Assembly: GCA_964468405.1 (NCBI GenBank)
Contig: CAYXTC010000001.1
Span: 1 to 46,043 of the forward strand
Length of the DNA stretch: 46,043 bases
Source: an uncultured Candidatus Saccharibacteria bacterium
GTDB taxonomy: Bacteria; Patescibacteriota; Minisyncoccia; Minisyncoccales; GWA2-38-27
Reading direction: 5' to 3'
The position numbers were made by a program, and so were the translations under genes. The notes beneath the pieces are model-generated. The model was not told where the DNA came from and did no database searches. It was given only the letters and a program-made list of their open reading frames with translations. Numbering within the stretch: position 1 is the stretch's first letter; each line of letters opens with the position of its first letter. Positions 16,206 to 26,181 of this stretch are shown piece after piece.

Positions 16206-16967
16206 TTATCTTCTTAAAAAGTTAATGAATAACTCAACAAGCTCCTCCGGCTCTTCCAGGTGGGGGCTGTGGCCTCTTTTGGGAAGAACTTTTAGTTCGG
16301 AGTTTTTAATCTTTTTATTAAAAAAATGTGACTGCTTCACAGGAACCATTCTGTCTTTTTTGCCCCAAATAATCAAGGTCTTCGCTTTAATTTTTTTTAA
16401 ATAAGGAGAAAGGTCTTCCTCAATGACCCTTCTAAAGGTTTCTTTCATGACCCCTTTGACCTTAACATAGTCTCTTCTCCTTAATAACAGATAAACGATC
16501 TTCCTTGATAAGTTCTTTAAACTATCTGAGAAAAAAAACCTTTTTCCTGTTTTTACTGCAAATTTAATAATTCTGTTTTTGGCGTCTGTTTTTCCAAGCA
16601 CTCCGGCGGGTGAACATAAAATCATTTTGCTAACCTTTTTGGGTTTGGTAGCAGACATCTTTATTGCAATTCTTCCTCCAAAGGAATGCGCAATCAAATA
16701 GACATTTTTAATTTTTAGGTGATCCAAAAAAGCAATTGTCCATTTTAGGTAGTCTGAAACATTCCAGGGATCATCCGGAGAATCGCTTTTGCCAAAACCA
16801 GGCAGGTCCGGACAAATTGTTTTGTACCTTAGAGAAAGAACTTTCTGAACCTGCGTCCAAGAGTCAGAAGACCCTCCCCATCCGTGTAAAATTAAAAGCG
16901 GCTCTCCTTCCCCGCTAATTTTGTAATTTATCTGAAGATCGCCGATTTTCTCTTTTTTCTCTGTCAT
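16206..16967 (-). CDS. Alpha/beta-fold hydrolase
   Basis: 253 aa with an HGWGGS oxyanion motif, an AHSFGG nucleophile elbow and a C-terminal GHSPHLE. Confidence 0.8.
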   Translation of the reverse strand: MTEKKEKIGDLQINYKISGEGEPLLILHGWGGSSDSWTQVQKVLSLRYKTICPDLPGFGKSDSPDDPWNVSDYLKWTIAFLDHLKIKNVYLIAHSFGGRIAIKMSATKPKKVSKMILCSPAGVLGKTDAKNRIIKFAVKTGKRFFFSDSLKNLSRKIVYLLLRRRDYVKVKGVMKETFRRVIEEDLSPYLKKIKAKTLIIWGKKDRMVPVKQSHFFNKKIKNSELKVLPKRGHSPHLEEPEELVELFINFLRR

Positions 16968-16973
16968 GGCCTT

Positions 16974-18242
16974 CTATTTTATGACCTTAAAGTTAAGGTA
17001 TTTCTGAAGGACAAAAGGGACTTTAATGCTTCCGTCTTTTTGCTGATAATTTTCAATAATGGCGATTAAGGTTCTCCCTATGGCAAAAGCGGTCCCGTTA
17101 AGGGTATGAACAAATTTTGTTTTATTGTCTTTCTTATCCTTATACTTTATACCCAATCTTCTAGATTGAAAATCTGTACACAAAGAACATGAGTGGGTCT
17201 CTCGATATTTATTCTGGCCCGGCATCCAAGATTCAATATCATGAGTCATAGAGGAGGGTCTGGACAGGTCGCCGGTACAAAGTTGCATTACTCTATAGGG
17301 AATCTTCAATTCTTTCATTAGTTCCTCTCCCAGATTGAGTATTATCTTGTGTTCTTCCTTAGAATTATCTGGATGGGAGAAACTAAACATTTCCACCTTA
17401 TCAAATTGATGAACCCTTAATATTCCTTTTGTATCTTTTCCGTAAGAACCTGCTTCTTCTCTAAAACAAGTAGAAAAACCAATATATCTTTTGGGAAGAT
17501 CTTCCTCTTTAAAAACCTCGTCTTTGTGCATGGGGCCTATTGACTGTTCTGCAGTTCCTACCAAAAAAAGATTATCTTTATCCAAATAATATCTTTCCGC
17601 CAAATCTTCCTCTGTATCTATGTACCCCATACCCCACATCATTTCAGGCCTTATTAAAACAGGGGGGATAATGGGTTGGAAGCCTTCTTTGGAGACAAGA
17701 TCAAAAGCAAGCCTAACTAGAGCAAACTCCATCTGGGCCAGTTCTCCTTTAAGATATCCGAACCTGCTTCCTGAAACCTTGGCAGCCCTTTTAATATCAA
17801 TTAACCCCCCGTTTTCAGTTAAAGCAAGGTAGTCTTTGGGCTTAAAATTAAAATTAGGTTTTTTACCCTCTTCTCTTAAAACAACGTTGTCGCATTCCGC
17901 TTTCCCAACAGGTACCTCCGCCTGACAGAGATTAGGAATCTTAGAGGCCAGCTCGTTATATTCTTTTTCCTTGTCTCTCAGTTTATCATTAATAGCTTCT
18001 TCTTTATGGTCAATTTTCTGCATTTCCTTAATGATCTTCTTCTTCTCCTCTTCTTCTTTGATCTGGGGAATGTTCTTGGTTGCTTTATTCTTCTCTGCTC
18101 TCAGTTCTTCCACTTGCTGTAGAAGATTTCTCCTTTGTTTATCAATCTTTAAAAGGCGTCCAATATCAAGGTCTACTCCCCTCTTTTGGCAGTTTTCTTT
18201 TATTTTCTCCCTATTTTCTCTTATAAAATTAATGTCTAACAT
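16974..18242 (-). CDS. serS: Seryl-tRNA synthetase
   Basis: 422 aa with an N-terminal coiled-coil arm and class II motifs (FREEAGS, GTAFAIGRT). Confidence 0.93.
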   Translation of the reverse strand: MLDINFIRENREKIKENCQKRGVDLDIGRLLKIDKQRRNLLQQVEELRAEKNKATKNIPQIKEEEEKKKIIKEMQKIDHKEEAINDKLRDKEKEYNELASKIPNLCQAEVPVGKAECDNVVLREEGKKPNFNFKPKDYLALTENGGLIDIKRAAKVSGSRFGYLKGELAQMEFALVRLAFDLVSKEGFQPIIPPVLIRPEMMWGMGYIDTEEDLAERYYLDKDNLFLVGTAEQSIGPMHKDEVFKEEDLPKRYIGFSTCFREEAGSYGKDTKGILRVHQFDKVEMFSFSHPDNSKEEHKIILNLGEELMKELKIPYRVMQLCTGDLSRPSSMTHDIESWMPGQNKYRETHSCSLCTDFQSRRLGIKYKDKKDNKTKFVHTLNGTAFAIGRTLIAIIENYQQKDGSIKVPFVLQKYLNFKVIK

Positions 18243-18243
18243 T

Positions 18244-19704
18244 TTATGACCTAGGTTTCATTGTGGGAAACAAAATGGCTTCTCTTAAAGAATGGGAGTC
18301 AGTCAATAGGGCTACTAGCCGGTCAATGCCCATCCCAAAACCTGCCGCCGGAGGCATACCGTACTCTAGGGCCTCAATAAAGTCTTTATCCATTCTCTGG
18401 GCCTCTTCAAACCCTTGTTTGAATATCTTTTCTTGCTCTCGAAATCTTTCTTTTTGAAGAGACGAATCATTGAGTTCGGAGAAGGCCTTTACTATTTCTA
18501 TGCCTCCTGCAATTAACTGAAAACTTCCTGACTTCTTTGGGTCTTTATCTAGGGGCTTGGCTAGAGGAAAGGCAGAAGAGGGGTAATGGATTACAAAGGT
18601 GGGCTGGATTATCTTGGGCAGACATACTTTTTTATAGACCTCATCTGCTATTTCAAATTTGCCCCCTTTAGCCTCAAGATCCATCTCTTTTGCCTTTTTC
18701 TGGAGAACGTTCAAGTGAACTCCCTCCAAGTCTATGCCTGTGTGTTTTTTAAACAACTCAGAAAATTCAATCCTGGGCCAGGGTTTTTTGAAGTTAATAG
18801 TTTCCTCCCCGTATTTAATTTTTGTTTTTCCAAATAAGTTTTTTAATAAAGAAGAAAGCATTTCTTCTGTTAGTTTCATCAGATCTTTATAGTCAGCATA
18901 AGCCCAGTAAAATTCCAACATAGTAAAGTCGGGGTTATGAAACCTGTCTATGCCCTCGTTTCTGAAACACTTTCCGATCTCGTAAACTTTTTCAAACCCA
19001 CCAACCAATAATCTTTTTAAATAAAGTTCGGGAGAAATTCTCAAATAAAGTTCAAGATTTAAGGCATTCAGACGAGTCTTAAAGGGTTTGGCAGAAGCCC
19101 CTCCGTAGACAGGCTGAAGTATTGGGGTTTCCACTTCTAAGAAATCTTTTTTCTCCAAGAATTGCCTTATCTCTTTTATTATATTAGACCTTACTTCAAA
19201 CTTATCTTTTGTCTCTTCGTTAAATATTAGATCCAAATAACGCTTTCTGTACCTTTCCTCTACATCTTTTATGCCGTGCCATTTTTCAGGAAGGGGCAGC
19301 AAGGACTTGGCCAGCATTTTGTAATCTTGACATTCAAGGGTTTTTTCACCTCTTTTGGTCTTGATTAAAACACCCCTGAATTCCGCAAAGTCTCCTATGT
19401 CAAAGTTTTCTAGAAAGAAACCATATCCCTTTTCTCCTAAATTGTCTTTTCGAATCATCACCTGAATTTTAGCGGTTCCGTCTTTAATGTGTGAGAATGC
19501 CAGGGCGCCGTGTTGCCTCAGAGACATTATTCTCCCCGCCAATATTATTTCTTTTTCCGCCTTTGAAATCTTGGAAAATTTATCAAGCGCCTCCTGGCAG
19601 GTATGGGTTCTTTTATTTTTTAAGGGGTAAACCAAATGTCCGGCCGATTCAAGGGCCTTTTTCTTTTTCAACCTCCTTTTTTTAATCTCTTCAACGGTTC
19701 CCAT
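18244..19704 (-). CDS. lysS: Lysyl-tRNA synthetase, class II
   Basis: 486 aa with an OB-fold anticodon-binding domain and a class II core (CFRNEGID, GMGIDRLV). Confidence 0.93.
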   Translation of the reverse strand: MGTVEEIKKRRLKKKKALESAGHLVYPLKNKRTHTCQEALDKFSKISKAEKEIILAGRIMSLRQHGALAFSHIKDGTAKIQVMIRKDNLGEKGYGFFLENFDIGDFAEFRGVLIKTKRGEKTLECQDYKMLAKSLLPLPEKWHGIKDVEERYRKRYLDLIFNEETKDKFEVRSNIIKEIRQFLEKKDFLEVETPILQPVYGGASAKPFKTRLNALNLELYLRISPELYLKRLLVGGFEKVYEIGKCFRNEGIDRFHNPDFTMLEFYWAYADYKDLMKLTEEMLSSLLKNLFGKTKIKYGEETINFKKPWPRIEFSELFKKHTGIDLEGVHLNVLQKKAKEMDLEAKGGKFEIADEVYKKVCLPKIIQPTFVIHYPSSAFPLAKPLDKDPKKSGSFQLIAGGIEIVKAFSELNDSSLQKERFREQEKIFKQGFEEAQRMDKDFIEALEYGMPPAAGFGMGIDRLVALLTDSHSLREAILFPTMKPRS

Positions 19705-19712
19705 ATTAAACT

Positions 19713-19741
19713 ATTTTACACTCTTTCGAGGGTAAGGTCAA
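19713..19741 (-). promoter_or_regulatory. Sigma70-like promoter TTGACC-17-TAAAAT directly upstream of lysS
   Basis: The -35 box (19741..19736) starts 2 nt after the capA-like stop codon. The -10 box is at 19718..19713, and 8 nt separate it from the ATG at 19704. There is no SD. Confidence 0.6.
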
Positions 19742-19743
19742 AA

Positions 19744-20697
19744 TTAAAAATAGGGCTGATAATCTTTAGAGATTTTAAATTTAACAGGGTTAACTCCGCC
19801 GATCTCTTTATTTCTTATCCTAACCTCTAGTAAAAGGCCTTCCATTGTTCTTTCTGAAAAATACTGATCAAATACAAAGTTTCCCAAACTATAGGCGATC
19901 CAGCCCCCTTTGTACTCCTCTATTGGCTGTATCACGTGGGGATGATGCCCTAAAACAAGGTCTGCACCGGCATCAATCGCCAAGCGGGAGAATCTCTTCT
20001 GGGTTTCATTGGGGAGACCTTTATACTCTTCTCCAAAATGAAAAGAAACAATTACTACGTCGCTATTTTGTTCCGCTCTTTCTATATCCTCTTCTATTGA
20101 CTCATCAAGCCAATTGATACCAGATCTTTCCCCTTTTGAGGACCAGTAGGGAGACCCTTGATTATTATATGCCAGAAAACAGACTTCAGTATCCCCTACT
20201 CTTTTTACAACCCCCTGCCCTGACTCCTGTTCTGTAAAGCCGCCTCCGACATAGGAAATTCCTGATTCTCTAATCCTTTTAAAACTGTCCTCCATGGCCT
20301 CTCTTCCATAGTCAAATACGTGATTGTTGGCTACAGAGACTACATCAAACCCGGCATAAGAAAGCCCCTTTATCGCTTTAGGATCTGCCCTAAAAGAATA
20401 AATGCTTCCTATTTTTTCTCCTTTGTCTGAAATTACGCTTTCAAGGTTGCCAAAGAGAATATCTGCTCGTTTTAGATAAGAAGAGATTCTCAAAAAGGGA
20501 AATTTAAAGTTGCCTCGGGCTTTTTGCTCTACGCCTCGATTCAGCATAATGTCCCCTACTGCCATCACAACAATATCCCTGTTTCCTTTTTTAAAAGGCA
20601 GAGGTTGTTTTTCTTGAAAGAAATAGAAAGGAAGAAGCGCAAAAAAAGCCGCGCTGGAAAGCCCGACTATCAAGAATATAATAAGTCTTTTATTCAT
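19744..20697 (-). CDS. CapA/PGA_cap-family metallophosphatase-like protein with signal/anchor
   Basis: 317 aa. Motifs VMAVGDIML, GNLES, VSVANNHVFDYG and GHHPHV are typical of CapA/YwtB. It overlaps murG by ATGA. Confidence 0.75.
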   Translation of the reverse strand: MNKRLIIFLIVGLSSAAFFALLPFYFFQEKQPLPFKKGNRDIVVMAVGDIMLNRGVEQKARGNFKFPFLRISSYLKRADILFGNLESVISDKGEKIGSIYSFRADPKAIKGLSYAGFDVVSVANNHVFDYGREAMEDSFKRIRESGISYVGGGFTEQESGQGVVKRVGDTEVCFLAYNNQGSPYWSSKGERSGINWLDESIEEDIERAEQNSDVVIVSFHFGEEYKGLPNETQKRFSRLAIDAGADLVLGHHPHVIQPIEEYKGGWIAYSLGNFVFDQYFSERTMEGLLLEVRIRNKEIGGVNPVKFKISKDYQPYF

Positions 20698-21812
20698 TGA
20701 GTAAGATATTCAACTAGATATTCTGCCACTATCTTGGCAGCATCGGGCTTGGATAAGTTTCTGGCCTTTTCCCCCATTTTCTCCATCTCCTTAGGTTTGG
20801 AGAATAAATACTCAAGACGCTCCATTAAAAAATGAGGGGTGAAATTAAGTTCTTCCATGACAATAGCTGCCCCATTTGCAGAATAGGCATAAGCGTTCTT
20901 TACTTGGTGGTCTTGAGCAGAGTTGGCTAAGGGAATCAAAATGCTGGGTTTGCCTACCGATGCAATCTCAAAGATGCTCCCCGCCCCGCTCCTGCTTACT
21001 ATGATATCTGAGGCTTTATAAACATGGGGCAGCTCGTTCTCATTAAGAAACTCAACAGGGTGGTAGTATTTTCCCTGATCCTCTTTCATTATTACCTTAG
21101 CCTCTGCCGAAACCTGGGCAAAGTTAGTCCTGCCGGTCTGATGGATTATTTCAAACCTTTCCAGCAACCCGGGCAGGACAGCCAGAATAACGTTGTTCAC
21201 TTTTTGAGCGCCCTGGGATCCTCCCATAATCAAAATTAAAGGCTTTTCTCCAGTAAGAGAAAACATCTCCCGGGCCTTTTTTTTGTCTCCATTATAAATC
21301 TCTTCTCTGATAGGATTTCCCACAGAGAGTATTTTTTCTGCAGGAAAATATCCTGTTTTTTCTACCGGAAAAGCAGTAAAAACCTCCATAGCCATTTTGC
21401 TTACGATCTTGTTTGCTAGGCCGGGAACTACGTCTGATTCGTGAAGAATAATCGGAGTAAGCAAAACCCAACCAGCTATTGCGCTGGGCACTGATCCGTA
21501 GCCCCCTTTACTGAAAATCAGGTCGGGAGAGATAACAAAGATATAGTAAAATGCCTGAAAAAAACCAACCGGCGCCTTAAAAACAAGATCTACAATATTT
21601 TTAAGAGAAAAATATCTTCTTAGTTTCCCGGCAAAAATCTGCTTTACTTCTATCCCTTCCTGGGCGAGCAAAGAAGCGGAAAACTCATCCTTGGGGCCTA
21701 TATAATAGAATTTTATATTTTTTGCTTTGGGGTTTTCTTTGATTTTGCGGACAATGGCAATAATGGGAAAAACATGTCCAGCAGTTCCCCCGCCGGTAAA
21801 AAGAATATTCAT
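20694..21812 (-). CDS. murG: UDP-GlcNAc:lipid I GlcNAc transferase MurG
   Basis: 372 aa with an N-terminal GGGTAGHVFP motif and a C-terminal GT28 domain (RSGAGSIFE). Confidence 0.9.
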   Translation of the reverse strand: MNILFTGGGTAGHVFPIIAIVRKIKENPKAKNIKFYYIGPKDEFSASLLAQEGIEVKQIFAGKLRRYFSLKNIVDLVFKAPVGFFQAFYYIFVISPDLIFSKGGYGSVPSAIAGWVLLTPIILHESDVVPGLANKIVSKMAMEVFTAFPVEKTGYFPAEKILSVGNPIREEIYNGDKKKAREMFSLTGEKPLILIMGGSQGAQKVNNVILAVLPGLLERFEIIHQTGRTNFAQVSAEAKVIMKEDQGKYYHPVEFLNENELPHVYKASDIIVSRSGAGSIFEIASVGKPSILIPLANSAQDHQVKNAYAYSANGAAIVMEELNFTPHFLMERLEYLFSKPKEMEKMGEKARNLSKPDAAKIVAEYLVEYLTQ

Positions 21813-21822
21813 AACACTCTAT

Positions 21823-21831
21823 ATTATATCA
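21823..21831 (-). promoter_or_regulatory. Extended -10 promoter (TGaTATAAT) upstream of murG
   Basis: The minus strand reads TGATATAAT, followed by 10 nt and then the ATG at 21812. The same 11-mer, TGTGATATAAT, occurs at 12338-12348. Confidence 0.45.
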
Positions 21832-21836
21832 CATTT

Positions 21837-22928
21837 TTAACTCTTGGAAACCTTCAAAACCAAGGATACAGCCACCAGTTCCACGAGTATATGGGAACCC
21901 CCTAAGGTAATAAAAGGAAGCGGGATTCCTGTTAGGGGCACCAACCGAATCATAGCCCCGATATTGATAAAGGCCTGAAGACAAATCCAGGTACCCACTC
22001 CCATTACAAGCAATTTGTTAAAGTTGTCTTTGTTCTTCCGGGCAATTACAAAAACACGCCAAAAGAATAGAATAAAGGCTGCGACAAGCAAAACAGAGCC
22101 CACGAAACCAACCTCTTCTGCAAAAACTGCGAATATGGAGTCTGACATAGCCTTGGGTAAAAACCCGTATTTTTGCTGAGAGGCTCCAAGGCCCACTCCA
22201 AAAATACCCCCAGAACCCACTGCGATAAGAGCCTGTTTAATATGATAACCAAGGCCCATGGGATCCTTTTTGGATCCCAGAAATATCGCTAAACGGCTTA
22301 TCCGATAACCTGCGTATTTTATAAGTATTATTGTAGCGGCCGCCCCTGAAGAAAAGAAGATGGCAGAATGCCAAAGAGGAGTTTCAGAAAGAAAATAAAC
22401 AACCAGGGCGCTTCCGAAAATTACTCCCCAGGTACTGAGATCTGACTGGATGCCTAAAGCAAGTGTTATGAGGCCCATTATTACTATAAAAGGAAGGAGG
22501 GTCGGCTTTTTCTGTTTAGAGCCGGTCCTGCTGGCCAGCCAGGCGGCAAGATAGATTATGGTGGTCAGTTTTAAAAATTCAGCGGGCTGTAAGGCAAAGA
22601 AGTGAAGATTAAGCCATCGGGCAGCACCACCTGCGCTAAAGCCAAGTCCGGGGATAAATACCAAAAACATTAACAACAGGTTCCCCAATACTAAAAAGAA
22701 AGAGGCTTTTCTTATTCTTTCCAAGCCCATTTTAAAAACAATGAGCCCCAAAATTACACCAGGTAGGAGGCCGTAGAGAATCTGGTGGAATAAATAACGG
22801 GTACTGTTCCCTGCCACTTCCTGGGATCTGATAGCCGAAACCTCAGCCAGTATCATCAACCCCAAGAGAATAAAAAAAGCGGTAATAACTAAAAGAAAAT
22901 AATCGATATGCTTTTTTTTCTTAGCCAT
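21837..22928 (-). CDS. ftsW: SEDS-family lipid II flippase/polymerase FtsW
   Basis: 363 aa and polytopic, with FtsW/RodA motifs. It lies between murD and murG. Confidence 0.88.
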   Translation of the reverse strand: MAKKKKHIDYFLLVITAFFILLGLMILAEVSAIRSQEVAGNSTRYLFHQILYGLLPGVILGLIVFKMGLERIRKASFFLVLGNLLLMFLVFIPGLGFSAGGAARWLNLHFFALQPAEFLKLTTIIYLAAWLASRTGSKQKKPTLLPFIVIMGLITLALGIQSDLSTWGVIFGSALVVYFLSETPLWHSAIFFSSGAAATIILIKYAGYRISRLAIFLGSKKDPMGLGYHIKQALIAVGSGGIFGVGLGASQQKYGFLPKAMSDSIFAVFAEEVGFVGSVLLVAAFILFFWRVFVIARKNKDNFNKLLVMGVGTWICLQAFINIGAMIRLVPLTGIPLPFITLGGSHILVELVAVSLVLKVSKS

Positions 22929-24279
22929 TAGCCATTTTGTTAACGTTTTTAATAAACTGCTCGCCCCTGTCGAACTCGTTATTAAATAAATTAAAACTAG
23001 CAGCGCCGGGCGACATTAAAACAATATCTCCTTTTAATGCTTTTTGATGAGCTCTGCGCACGGCTTCTTCCATAGAGTTCACTAGAATTGAATCAACCCG
23101 GTTAATTTTCTTCTTAATCTCCTCTGAGGCAGAACCCGGCAGAAGAATAAGGCTTTTTACTCTTTGATCTATTTTCTCTGCCATCCTTCCATACTCCAAT
23201 CCCTTATCTTCCCCTCCTGCTATCAGAATTATTTCGCTCTTCTCATACCTCCTAAGGGCTGAGATAACGGCTTCGGGGATAGTGGCTGTGGTGTCGTTGA
23301 CGTACCTGATCCCCTCTTTCTCTAAAACTACCTCTTCCCTATCCTTGACGCCCGAAAAGGCAGAAAGCCCCTCCTCGATTTTCTTCTTTGGGATTTTCAT
23401 AATCTTGGCAACAGTGAGGGCTGCCAGAGCATTGGAAACATTATGTTCTCCTTTTATTCTAAGGTCTTTAACGTCAGCCAGAGCATCCTTTTCATCGTCA
23501 AAAAAGAATTTGTTTTCTTTTAGAAAGCAACCTGCGCCTTCTAAGGGTTTCTGCTCTTTGGAATAAAAAAATGTCTGACCCTCTCCCCCCATTTCCTTAA
23601 CCAAGGGGTCGTCATAATTAAGAATCAAAAAATCATTTGAATCCTGGTATTTATATATTTTCTTTTTCGCTTCAATATACTCTCCCATATTGGGATATCT
23701 GTTCAAATGATCAGGATAGATAGAGCAAACAACCGCTACCTGAGGAGATCTCCTCAGGTACTCCAGTTCAAAACTGGAAAGTTCCAAAACTACCCAGCTT
23801 TCTTTTTTCACTTCAGGCAAAATCTCCAGAGGAGAAACTCCAATATTACCCGCCAAAAACACGTCTTCTTTTTCCTTTTTTAAAATTTCATAAATAAAGG
23901 TGGAAATGGTGGACTTGCCCTTGGTGCCGGTAACTCCGATTATCAAAGATTCTGTTAAGTCGAAAAAGATGTTTACGTCAGTTTCTACGGGAATATTATT
24001 GTTCCAAGCAACATCTAAAAAAGAGGAGTCCTCGGGCACTCCGGGGTTTTTAATGATCAGATCTGCCTCTGCAAAGTCTTTTTCTCTGTGTCTTCCTAAA
24101 ACATATCTTATTGGAAAGTTTTTTAGTTTTTGGAGAGAAGAACTTAAATCTTCTTCTTTTTTAAGATCTGTAACTAAAACCTTGGCCCCTTCTCTGCAGA
24201 AGAACTTAGCAGCGCTCGCTCCTCCTCCATGCAGCCCCAATCCCATGATAACAACTTTTTTATCCTTAAAATCTTTCAT
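22921..24279 (-). CDS. murD: UDP-MurNAc-L-Ala--D-Glu ligase MurD
   Basis: 452 aa with an N-terminal GLGLHGGG Rossmann motif and a GVTGTKGKST P-loop. Confidence 0.9.
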   Translation of the reverse strand: MKDFKDKKVVIMGLGLHGGGASAAKFFCREGAKVLVTDLKKEEDLSSSLQKLKNFPIRYVLGRHREKDFAEADLIIKNPGVPEDSSFLDVAWNNNIPVETDVNIFFDLTESLIIGVTGTKGKSTISTFIYEILKKEKEDVFLAGNIGVSPLEILPEVKKESWVVLELSSFELEYLRRSPQVAVVCSIYPDHLNRYPNMGEYIEAKKKIYKYQDSNDFLILNYDDPLVKEMGGEGQTFFYSKEQKPLEGAGCFLKENKFFFDDEKDALADVKDLRIKGEHNVSNALAALTVAKIMKIPKKKIEEGLSAFSGVKDREEVVLEKEGIRYVNDTTATIPEAVISALRRYEKSEIILIAGGEDKGLEYGRMAEKIDQRVKSLILLPGSASEEIKKKINRVDSILVNSMEEAVRRAHQKALKGDIVLMSPGAASFNLFNNEFDRGEQFIKNVNKMANG

Positions 24280-25064
24280 GAAAGAGGTTTAACTATTGTC
24301 GGTTTTATTTCTTTGGGGAAGCACATCCTACTTATTTTTTTTAGGTTATAGGGTTTATCGCTGAAATAGAATTCATTCTCTTTCCCAGAACCTTTGTTCT
24401 GGAAGGCAGGGTTTTCCTTTAAAAAACCCTGCAGCTGGAAAGCCAAACTCTCGGCAGGGTTCACGATTTTGATATCATTACTCAAAACCTTGCGGATTAC
24501 TTTTTCTAAAAGAGGATAATGGGTACAGGCTAAGACTAAAGCCTCTATATTTTTTTCCTCTAAAGGTCTGAGATATTTTTTGATTATCTCTTCTGTCACT
24601 TTTTCTTTTGTCCACCCCTCTTCTACCAAGGGAACCAGCAAAGGACAGGCCATAGAATAAATTTTTAGGTCTGGGTTTTCTTTCAGTAGTTTCTGGTTAT
24701 AGGCCTTGCTTTCTATTGTTCCCGGCGTCCCTATAATCCCGATTCTTTTCTTGTCTAAGGAATTGATTTTTTTTACAACCGGGCTTACCATCTCAAAAAC
24801 AGGGACTTCTTTAAATCTTTCTTTAAGGTAACCAGAGGCCCAAGAAGAAGAGGTATTGCAGGCTATCACAATTAAATTAGCCCCCTTGTCCAAAAGCCAC
24901 TCTGTTATCTTCTCAGAGGACTTCTTTACGAAATTCTCTCCCTTTGTTCCGTAAGGGAGATGAGCGGTGTCGCCAAAATAAATAATTTTTCTCTCTGGCA
25001 GACGGTTAGTAATTTCTCGTACTACGGTCAACCCCCCTACACCAGAATCAAAAACGCCTATCAT
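24276..25064 (-). CDS. murI: Glutamate racemase MurI
   Basis: 262 aa beginning IGVFDSGVGGLTV. The catalytic cysteine contexts IACNTSS and LACTHYP are both present. Confidence 0.92.
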   Translation of the reverse strand: MIGVFDSGVGGLTVVREITNRLPERKIIYFGDTAHLPYGTKGENFVKKSSEKITEWLLDKGANLIVIACNTSSSWASGYLKERFKEVPVFEMVSPVVKKINSLDKKRIGIIGTPGTIESKAYNQKLLKENPDLKIYSMACPLLVPLVEEGWTKEKVTEEIIKKYLRPLEEKNIEALVLACTHYPLLEKVIRKVLSNDIKIVNPAESLAFQLQGFLKENPAFQNKGSGKENEFYFSDKPYNLKKISRMCFPKEIKPTIVKPLS

Positions 25065-25071
25065 ATCTTAA

Positions 25072-25100
25072 AATATATCAAGATTTTATCCTTTTAGCAA
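25072..25100 (-). promoter_or_regulatory. Sigma70-like promoter TTGCTA-17-TATATT upstream of murI
   Basis: The -35 box is at 25100..25095, followed by a 17-nt spacer and the -10 box at 25077..25072. 7 nt separate it from the ATG at 25064. There is no SD. Confidence 0.55.
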
Positions 25101-25107
25101 AGGAATA

Positions 25108-26181
25108 TTATCCCAGCATCCTTATGGCCATGCCAATTATGGCTACCACTACACCGATAACCCAAAATCTCATTGTTATCTTGTAATGAGGCCATCCTTT
25201 AGCTTCAAAATGGTGATGGATAGGGGCTGCCAAAAAGAGCTTCTTCTTCCTTATTTTTCGAGAAAGCAGCTGAAGTATCACAGATCCCGATTCTATTACC
25301 AAAAGAAAACCGATTATGGGGAGAACCAAAATAGAATCTGTAAGAAAAGCCACTACAGTCAGGGCACAACATAGGCCCAAAATCCCGGTTTCTCCCATAT
25401 AGAATCTGGCAGGAGGAATATTAAACCACAAAAAGGCTAAAATAGCCCCGGTAATGACAATACAAAAAGCAGCAAGATCTATTTGTCCCTGAAAGAAAGC
25501 AATCCCGCCAAAGGCTGCAAAAATAACGGCGAAAACCCCGCCGGCCAGTCCGTCCAGACCGTCTATTACCCCACTGCTGTAAGTGGCCATGGTTACCAAA
25601 ACAAAAAGGGGCAAATACCACAATCCCAAGAAGATATCTCCATTCCCGGGGATATGAATTGTGCTGTATCCCAGTTTGTAATAAAACCACCATCCGCCGA
25701 CAATCCCGATCAAGGCCACTAGTATAAGGCGGTATCTTAATCTTAAACCTCCTGCGATATACTTTCCTTTCCCTTTTACCTGAAGAAAGTCATCCGCCAA
25801 ACCCACTAAAGAAGCAGACACTAAAGCAAAAAGAGGCAGCCAGGTCTGGCCCCTGCTTAAAAAGTTTAACTTATCCAGCCACCAGGCATCAGTAAACCTT
25901 GCCACAAAAGAAACAAAGAAGGCGAGAAACAAAACAGTGATCCAGATCAAAAGTCCGCCCATTCTGGGGACTCTTCTTTCTTCTTCCCCGTGAAACTTCT
26001 GAAAAATAGGAAGGCCCTTGCCGTCTATTGACTTATCCCGCACCTTTTTTCTCCAGAGGCCGTGTTTGTACAGAAACCTAGTCAAGGCCGGAGTCAGCCA
26101 AAAGGCCAGCAAAAAACCGGCGGCTCCCAATGAAAAAACCTTGATAGCGCTGATTGTTATTTGTCCGATATTAAAATCCAT
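25108..26181 (-). CDS. mraY: Phospho-MurNAc-pentapeptide translocase MraY
   Basis: 357 aa and polytopic. It carries the DD motif (ADDF), DGLDGLAGG and the HHHFE box. Confidence 0.93.
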   Translation of the reverse strand: MDFNIGQITISAIKVFSLGAAGFLLAFWLTPALTRFLYKHGLWRKKVRDKSIDGKGLPIFQKFHGEEERRVPRMGGLLIWITVLFLAFFVSFVARFTDAWWLDKLNFLSRGQTWLPLFALVSASLVGLADDFLQVKGKGKYIAGGLRLRYRLILVALIGIVGGWWFYYKLGYSTIHIPGNGDIFLGLWYLPLFVLVTMATYSSGVIDGLDGLAGGVFAVIFAAFGGIAFFQGQIDLAAFCIVITGAILAFLWFNIPPARFYMGETGILGLCCALTVVAFLTDSILVLPIIGFLLVIESGSVILQLLSRKIRKKKLFLAAPIHHHFEAKGWPHYKITMRFWVIGVVVAIIGMAIRMLG

